From the NCBI GenBank assembly GCA_016839515.1, contig JAEOUE010000262.1:1-13073 (forward strand): a stretch of DNA of 13,073 nucleotides, in the 5' to 3' direction. Under the pieces are notes generated by a model that saw nothing but the letters and a program-made list of their open reading frames with translations, had not been told where the DNA came from and did not search any database. Below, in pieces: positions 7,761-13,073 of this stretch. The position numbers and the translations under genes are program-made. Each line of letters begins with the position of its first letter. The stretch's first letter is position 1. This DNA is from Candidatus Hodarchaeum mangrovi. Lineage in GTDB: Archaea; Asgardarchaeota; Heimdallarchaeia; Hodarchaeales; Hodarchaeaceae.

Positions 7761-9782
7761 TTAACTTCTTTTACGACGTAAGAAAAATAGAAACGTTCCA
7801 AGTACAATTATATGGATCAGAGAAAATCCAAAGGGAGTTGTTAATGTAAGACCTTGACCATCTGAGGAAGAAGGGGGTTCCTGTGAAGTTGTTGTAGAAG
7901 ATTCTTCAGTAGTGGTTGTGGATTGAGTTGTGGGTTCTGTAGTACTAATCTTATCTTTAATGTTTATAAAATGTAACCCCGATGCGCCTTTGTTCATATT
8001 CGGAGAGTCATCAAACGCTTCAATATAAAATTCAACAATATCCCCTCCTGAAAATGGGCCAATATTTGTTGAATAACGATCCCCTGATAAGAAAACCATA
8101 TTCAATTTAATCCAAGCTCCACCATTGACACTGTAGAACAATTTTACTTCATAAATTCCAGATGGATCTGTTACATCTACAGAAATTTCTATAATTTCTC
8201 CTTCTTTGGGGTCAAAAGGTGCAATATAAATATTTTCAGGGAGGATTACTGGGGGTTCTAAATCAGTCTGAACAACCGTAATCAAAATCATGCTTTTAGC
8301 CTCTCCATAGGCTGTATTGGCTATTAAGGTATAATTGTGAACACCAAGGCTTAATGTATCTAATGGGAAAATTATAGGAGTCCCTGAAATTATACTTGCA
8401 CTATTTATTGTGAGTACATCATCAGTGAACACTGAATTTTGTCCTTCATCACGTGTCACGATTTTAAATTGTAATTCTTTATCAACAATTCCTAGGGGAA
8501 TTATTTGGTCTCCTGTAGAGTAAATTACAGGGGGTAAATTACTAACATGGTCGGAATAAATTAGATCATTTGACAAATAATTATTTGGACCAGCTAACAG
8601 CTCAAGAATTCCATCATGATTAAAATCCCATAAAACAAATTGGTGATATGCGTTGAGATTATTATAGGATTGGAGAATTGTTGATCCATTAGGTGCAATC
8701 TCTAAAATGGTACTTGCACCACTATTTCTGTCTACAACCACTTCAGAAAGTCCATCTCCGTCAATATCACCACTTACTATATCATAATGAGCTGCTGTGT
8801 CGAAAGATAAATTGGTTGCTGAAAAACTTGCTCCATTCCAAGTGAACCGCACTATAGGATAAGCAGAAAGAGCATAATTTGGTGTTCCAGCATAAATCTC
8901 TTTATTTCCATCATTATCGATGTCTGTGACGCAAAATGAATTAAATCCTGCTGAATGAAGGCTTCCAGAAAAACTGGTTTCAAATTCCTTTAGATAGCTA
9001 GAACTTACTTTATCATAGCTATAAATCCGTATTGAAGAATCAGAACCTGTTTTTCCAGTAATTAATTCTGTAACACCATCATTATCAATATCACCAACAC
9101 CAACAGATCGATATCCTCCTCCTTCTAAAATCGTGTCAAGTTTGAAGTTTATAAATCCTGGATCCCATGAATAGATTCTTGTTTGGGAATTTGAATGATG
9201 GATTAATTCATCTTTACCATCATTGTCAACATCATAAATTTGAGCTCCAGAACTAGTTATATCCAATAATCCAGCTTCTGTCGACCATTTAGATGTATAT
9301 TCAGTCCCATTCCAACCTAAAAATAACATCATGGAGGGAATATTACTTGAAAAAGCTAAAATCTCTTCAACTCCATCAGTATCAAAGTCATAAACAAGCA
9401 TTGGTTCAAAATAAGAATAATTGTCCATCGAGTAGGTATACGTCCGTTCATGGGTAAAATTAAAGATATTATTGGATTCTTGCTTTAGAATCATCATCGA
9501 AAAATCTGTGAACTGGCTTGACCCCACAATTAATCGTGGTAACCCATCAGGATGAATATATCCAATTTGTATCTCGCGAGGATAATATCGGGTATTTGGT
9601 CCGAATGATGTTGTAAAATTAACCAGAAAGTTATGATAAATGTTAGCATTCATATAGGTCGGTCCTATAAAACTAGGAGTGGTTGGAGCGTTACCTGTAT
9701 TGATTGAAAAGCAAAATAATCCCAAAATTGTTAATAAAATAAAATTTTTCAGGTTAAACTGTTTTTTAGAAAGGATTTTCAT
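7761..9782 (-). CDS. Cell-surface FG-GAP/VCBS-repeat beta-propeller protein with Ig-like domains, Thr-rich stalk and C-terminal anchor
   Basis: Signal peptide (MKILSKK...FILLTILGLFCF). Six DxDxDG-type loops (DFDTDG, DVDNDG, DIDNDG twice, DIDGDG, DFNHDG) plus a degenerate YIHPDG. Two Ig-like segments follow (LPPVI...HNYTLIANT; DLEPPVI...VTDPSGI..VKLFYS..IEAFD), then STTEPTTQSTTTTEESSTTTS and PFGF-TM-RRKRS. Confidence 0.88.
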   Translation of the reverse strand: MKILSKKQFNLKNFILLTILGLFCFSINTGNAPTTPSFIGPTYMNANIYHNFLVNFTTSFGPNTRYYPREIQIGYIHPDGLPRLIVGSSQFTDFSMMILKQESNNIFNFTHERTYTYSMDNYSYFEPMLVYDFDTDGVEEILAFSSNIPSMMLFLGWNGTEYTSKWSTEAGLLDITSSGAQIYDVDNDGKDELIHHSNSQTRIYSWDPGFINFKLDTILEGGGYRSVGVGDIDNDGVTELITGKTGSDSSIRIYSYDKVSSSYLKEFETSFSGSLHSAGFNSFCVTDIDNDGNKEIYAGTPNYALSAYPIVRFTWNGASFSATNLSFDTAAHYDIVSGDIDGDGLSEVVVDRNSGASTILEIAPNGSTILQSYNNLNAYHQFVLWDFNHDGILELLAGPNNYLSNDLIYSDHVSNLPPVIYSTGDQIIPLGIVDKELQFKIVTRDEGQNSVFTDDVLTINSASIISGTPIIFPLDTLSLGVHNYTLIANTAYGEAKSMILITVVQTDLEPPVILPENIYIAPFDPKEGEIIEISVDVTDPSGIYEVKLFYSVNGGAWIKLNMVFLSGDRYSTNIGPFSGGDIVEFYIEAFDDSPNMNKGASGLHFINIKDKISTTEPTTQSTTTTEESSTTTSQEPPSSSDGQGLTLTTPFGFSLIHIIVLGTFLFFLRRKRS

Positions 9783-9788
9783 TTTAAT

Positions 9789-9793
9789 TCACC
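9789..9793 (-). promoter_or_regulatory. Archaeal-type Shine-Dalgarno GGTGA for the FG-GAP gene
   Basis: GGTGA lies 6 nt upstream of the ATG at 9782, and a TATA-like TTTTAAAAA lies at 9821-9829. Confidence 0.55.
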
Positions 9794-9877
9794 AAGTTTT
9801 TGAAATATAAGGTTCCCATATTTTTAAAACTAACTAAACAGAATTTCTTCAATTACGCTTTTATTAACCCAGGTATT

Positions 9878-9895
9878 AAAATAAAAGAAAAAAAA
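9878..9895 (-). terminator. Oligo-T terminator candidate for the ABC operon
   Basis: The minus strand reads TTTTTTTTCTTTTATTTT about 55 nt past the permease stop at 9952. Confidence 0.45.
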
Positions 9896-9951
9896 TCCTT
9901 ATTTAATTGAATTGACTAATTTAATGCTTTTCGATAATTAAAATTAATTTT

Positions 9952-11256
9952 CTAGTGGTATGCTTTTCTCAAAAAAATAATACCACCTATAATATAGAAT
10001 ATACCTCCAACAATTATTAGCATTATAATATCCAGTATATAATTCGAGGAGCTTGCATTAAGGATGAGAATTTTACGTAAAATTGCTCCAACAGAGTAAA
10101 AAGGATTAAGATGCCACATTTGGATAGACCCAATAAGTGCTATTCGTGGTAATGGAATAAAATTACCAGTTAGGAATGCTAAAGGTATTCCAATTAAACT
10201 TGGTATGTAAGTAGCTAATTGTCCATCAGAAAGTGCAGCCATGCTCAAACTTATCCCCAATAGAGGAAGAATCGCAGTACAACAGATTAATAATCCAACG
10301 ATAATTTGATTTAAATCCTGAAAAGGAAATCCAAGAAAATATAATGTACCAAAAATTATGGCCATTGTTATGGCAGTACAGACTAGTTGAGTGAGAGTTA
10401 ACCCTATAAAATAGCTATTTGGGGGAAACCTGCTTAATTTAAGCCTATCTATTGTTTCATCCTCTTTTTCAAATCCAACAATTGCTGAAACACCTGTACT
10501 GGAGGTGATAAGGATAAAAATCAACAAGGCAGGGGCAAAAATATCGAATTCAGTAAACGACCGAGTTGAAATCTTTGAAATGCTAGTATAGAGACCCTGG
10601 ATATTTTCCAAACCAGATAACCAAAAATTATTGGTAAATCTTTGTAATATATCTTCAAGCAATATCAATGCCTCCGAAAACCGTGCATAACTGAAGTCAC
10701 CAATAATTTCGATAGAAGAATACGAATAATAGAACATTGTTTGATTAGATACTCTAAATCCGGTGGTTACATCAATACGATGGTTTAATCCAGCCAAAAT
10801 CGTTTGAGAAAAATTAGAAGGAATAATCATACAAATGGAGATGAATCGGCTTTGAACAGCCTTAGCTGCGGATTCAGTGTTATTAAAAAAGAAGATATGA
10901 AACCTTGAAGTATCTGACTCAATAAATACTTGGCCTGAGACAATTCCGTTAATAAGGCTATTTCCAAAACCATTTTGCAATGAATTATTTAGGTAGGTTA
11001 TATTTAGAGAAGAAATATAGATCTGAAATCTAGTTTGGGATTCTAGATCGAGAACGGGTAAAATATCTTGATTAATAACTCCAATCTTGTACACAGGTCC
11101 TTGATCATCTACAATGACAAAAGAACTTTCATCTCCATAGATCCATGCTAAACCGACTGTGAATAAGATAGGCAATATGAGGATTACACTCATCCGTTCA
11201 ACATTACGATATATCTGTTTTATGCAACGTTGAAAGAAAATTATGGATTTTTTCAA
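9952..11256 (-). CDS. ABC-2 type exporter permease
   Basis: One N-terminal TM, a large extracellular loop beginning KIGVINQD and containing IIPSNFS, then five TMs with EKEDETIDRLKLS and FLTGNFIPL...LNPFY. The TTG start has SD GGAGGG within the tail of the upstream gene. Confidence 0.9.
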   Translation of the reverse strand: MKKSIIFFQRCIKQIYRNVERMSVILILPILFTVGLAWIYGDESSFVIVDDQGPVYKIGVINQDILPVLDLESQTRFQIYISSLNITYLNNSLQNGFGNSLINGIVSGQVFIESDTSRFHIFFFNNTESAAKAVQSRFISICMIIPSNFSQTILAGLNHRIDVTTGFRVSNQTMFYYSYSSIEIIGDFSYARFSEALILLEDILQRFTNNFWLSGLENIQGLYTSISKISTRSFTEFDIFAPALLIFILITSSTGVSAIVGFEKEDETIDRLKLSRFPPNSYFIGLTLTQLVCTAITMAIIFGTLYFLGFPFQDLNQIIVGLLICCTAILPLLGISLSMAALSDGQLATYIPSLIGIPLAFLTGNFIPLPRIALIGSIQMWHLNPFYSVGAILRKILILNASSSNYILDIIMLIIVGGIFYIIGGIIFLRKAYH

Positions 11257-11259
11257 ATT

Positions 11260-12657
11260 TTAATCCCTCCTTTTAAATCTCATATAATAGAAAATTATCA
11301 TTCCTACCATTAAGTATAACAATCCAAATAAAAGACTGAAGAAAATCTCAGGTAAAACTTGGTGTATATTAAAGTTATATAAGAGTACTTGACGTAAAGC
11401 TGTAACCGAATGTGTTAGAGGCATCAAATCCCAAATCAAGAAATCACGAGTAAATCCTCCAGCTACGGGGAAAATATTAGGAATTAATGAAATCTGAGGT
11501 ACAGCTATGAAAGCACCACTCATAAAACACAAGAATGGCCCTCCAAATCCTAATATAGTTCCGGCAATATCCTCATTTGATATAAAAGCTGTAGTCATAT
11601 AAAGCAAACTAGAAGAAAAAGGGAAGATAGTAAGAGAAATAATTATCGCCAGAAAAACATTTCCTTGGGGGGTAAAATTAAACAAAAGACTGGTAAAGAA
11701 TAATATCAACGTTTGACCAAGCATAACAGGAATTTGAATTAAGAAAGAACCTAAAAGATATCCCGTTCCAGCAGATGGAGACAAAAGGATTAATTCAATT
11801 GTTTTGTTTCGAGATCGATATTCCATACAAAACAACATTGATAGTAAACTAGGTTGAACAAGAACTCCAAAAGCTATTAATCCTGGGATTGTTATATCAA
11901 AAAGGGAATATTGAGGAATTGAGATTCGATATTCTTGATTTAAAGTAAAACTGATGCTACCACCTGGTCCTTCAAAAAAAGAAGTTAGGTCTTCGTAATT
12001 TTCTAAAAAAGAAGTAAGAACTGAGTGTGCTAATCGAAAATTAATAGAAGTTTCATCTCCTTGAATAAGAATTGTTTCAGAGAAATTAACGGGTAATGAG
12101 GGAACCTCAGGGAAGGAACTTTGAAGCATCTCATGGAAATATTGACCAAAAGTGTTTTTCCAATATCTATTAAAAATTGAAATTGAAGCATTGGAAAACC
12201 CAGGAGGAATTTCCATTAAAATATCTAAGTCACGATCGATTAACAATTCTTCAGCTTCAGAGAAAGAAGCATATACAGAAACATCAAAAATATTCGGAGA
12301 AGCAGTATGATTTGTATAAGTTGTGCTATTTAACACTTGTATTAATTCTATTCCAAATCCTTTCTCTAGAACATCAATAGAATGATAAAGCATAAGTGTA
12401 TTATTACCAATTATTGTTTCATTTAAAAAAACGTTTTGAAACTCTTCAGGTAGACCCTCATCGTTATTTACAATTCCTAACTGAAAGCTCGGAGTGGTTC
12501 CAATAGGAGACGCTGAAAATCCAAACCAGTAAATTGACATGAAAAAAATGGGAAATATCACAAGATAGGGGATGGTCCACTTACTCCTTATAATTTGTAA
12601 CCCCATCCTTCCACAAACAGCCAAACTATTCTTCAAAGTCATCATATCTCTCCTCAT
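11260..12657 (-). CDS. ABC-2 type exporter permease
   Basis: Same architecture: QLGIVNND, EIPPGFS, IPGLIAF, FMSGAFI and LMPLTHSVTALRQVLL. The start is either the ATGA overlap at 12657 or the ATG at 12645/12642 following a GAGGAG SD. Confidence 0.9.
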   Translation of the reverse strand: MRRDMMTLKNSLAVCGRMGLQIIRSKWTIPYLVIFPIFFMSIYWFGFSASPIGTTPSFQLGIVNNDEGLPEEFQNVFLNETIIGNNTLMLYHSIDVLEKGFGIELIQVLNSTTYTNHTASPNIFDVSVYASFSEAEELLIDRDLDILMEIPPGFSNASISIFNRYWKNTFGQYFHEMLQSSFPEVPSLPVNFSETILIQGDETSINFRLAHSVLTSFLENYEDLTSFFEGPGGSISFTLNQEYRISIPQYSLFDITIPGLIAFGVLVQPSLLSMLFCMEYRSRNKTIELILLSPSAGTGYLLGSFLIQIPVMLGQTLILFFTSLLFNFTPQGNVFLAIIISLTIFPFSSSLLYMTTAFISNEDIAGTILGFGGPFLCFMSGAFIAVPQISLIPNIFPVAGGFTRDFLIWDLMPLTHSVTALRQVLLYNFNIHQVLPEIFFSLLFGLLYLMVGMIIFYYMRFKRRD

Positions 12658-13073
12658 TCTCGTAAGCTACGTCCTGTGAGATGAATAAACACATCTTCTA
12701 GCGTTGTTCCACGTATAGAGAGATTTTCAATCTCTGTGGTTCCTATTTTTTCTATTAGATTTAAAATTCGATTTAATTTGGGTATTAAATCTCGCGCACG
12801 AATAACTAGATTTCCATTTAAGTAAAACACATCCTCTATTGATAAATTTGAGATTGGATCCTTGAGTGCGTTCATTATATTCTCTAAATTAGGTTCTTCC
12901 CCTTTAAGACTAATTTCAACAATATCACCTTTCCCCACAGAAGCTTTTAACTGATTGGGGCTGTCTAAAACTAAGATTTTTCCATGATCAATGATAGCTA
13001 TCCGATTTGATAACCGATCAGCCTCCTCCATGTAATGAGTGGTTAGAATAACTGTTTTACCCTCTGTAGGAAG
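12654..13073 (-). CDS. ABC transporter ATP-binding subunit, DrrA/NodI-like (5' part outside the window)
   Basis: The frame is open to the window edge: LPTEGKTVILTTHYMEEADRLSNRIAIIDHGKI (H-loop), ending in TLEDVFIHLTGRSLRE. The ORF-track start at 13031 is an internal Met. Confidence 0.93.
   Translation of the reverse strand, partial: LPTEGKTVILTTHYMEEADRLSNRIAIIDHGKILVLDSPNQLKASVGKGDIVEISLKGEEPNLENIMNALKDPISNLSIEDVFYLNGNLVIRARDLIPKLNRILNLIEKIGTTEIENLSIRGTTLEDVFIHLTGRSLRE

Noticed and set aside
7880-7945. Low-complexity GTT/GTA/GTG tract as a DNA tandem repeat
   Set aside because: Fully explained by the Thr/Ser-rich stalk codons on the minus strand.
12177-12380. 67-aa plus-strand ORF
   Set aside because: Antisense to the ABC permease, with a TTG start and no recognisable features.
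12654-13031. 125-aa ORF treated as a complete protein
   Set aside because: The Met is internal (THYMEEA H-loop) and the frame continues off the window edge, so it is neither a small gene nor a pseudogene.

Overview
An AT-rich, gene-dense prokaryotic window that is most likely archaeal. The evidence is an HTH_10/Bat-type regulator, TATA-like boxes about 25 nt upstream of apparently leaderless starts, a GGTGA-type Shine-Dalgarno, oligo-T terminators and PGF-CTERM-like sorting tails. An Asgard (Heimdall/Hodarchaeales-like) origin is plausible but only inferred. The contents, in order, are: (1) a 3'-truncated EamA/DMT transporter missing from the ORF track, divergent from an HTH_10 regulator, with a perfect 7-4-7 palindrome between them; (2) a candidate 30-aa small ORF; (3) a three-gene glycosylation-type operon (UGM/HemY-like flavoprotein, LPG-synthase-TM/flippase-like membrane protein, PIG-V-like GT-C glycosyltransferase); (4) two convergently transcribed surface proteins, an alkaline phosphatase and a probable 7-bladed FG-GAP/VCBS propeller plus Ig-like protein, both ending in a Thr-rich stalk, GF motif, TM helix and basic tail; (5) an ABC-2 (DrrAB-like) exporter with two permeases and a 5'-truncated ATPase. 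I saw no RNA genes, CRISPR arrays or mobile elements. The most interesting hypothesis is a lipid-linked glycan (GPI-reminiscent) modification module next to C-terminally sorted surface proteins, but the functional link is inference only.
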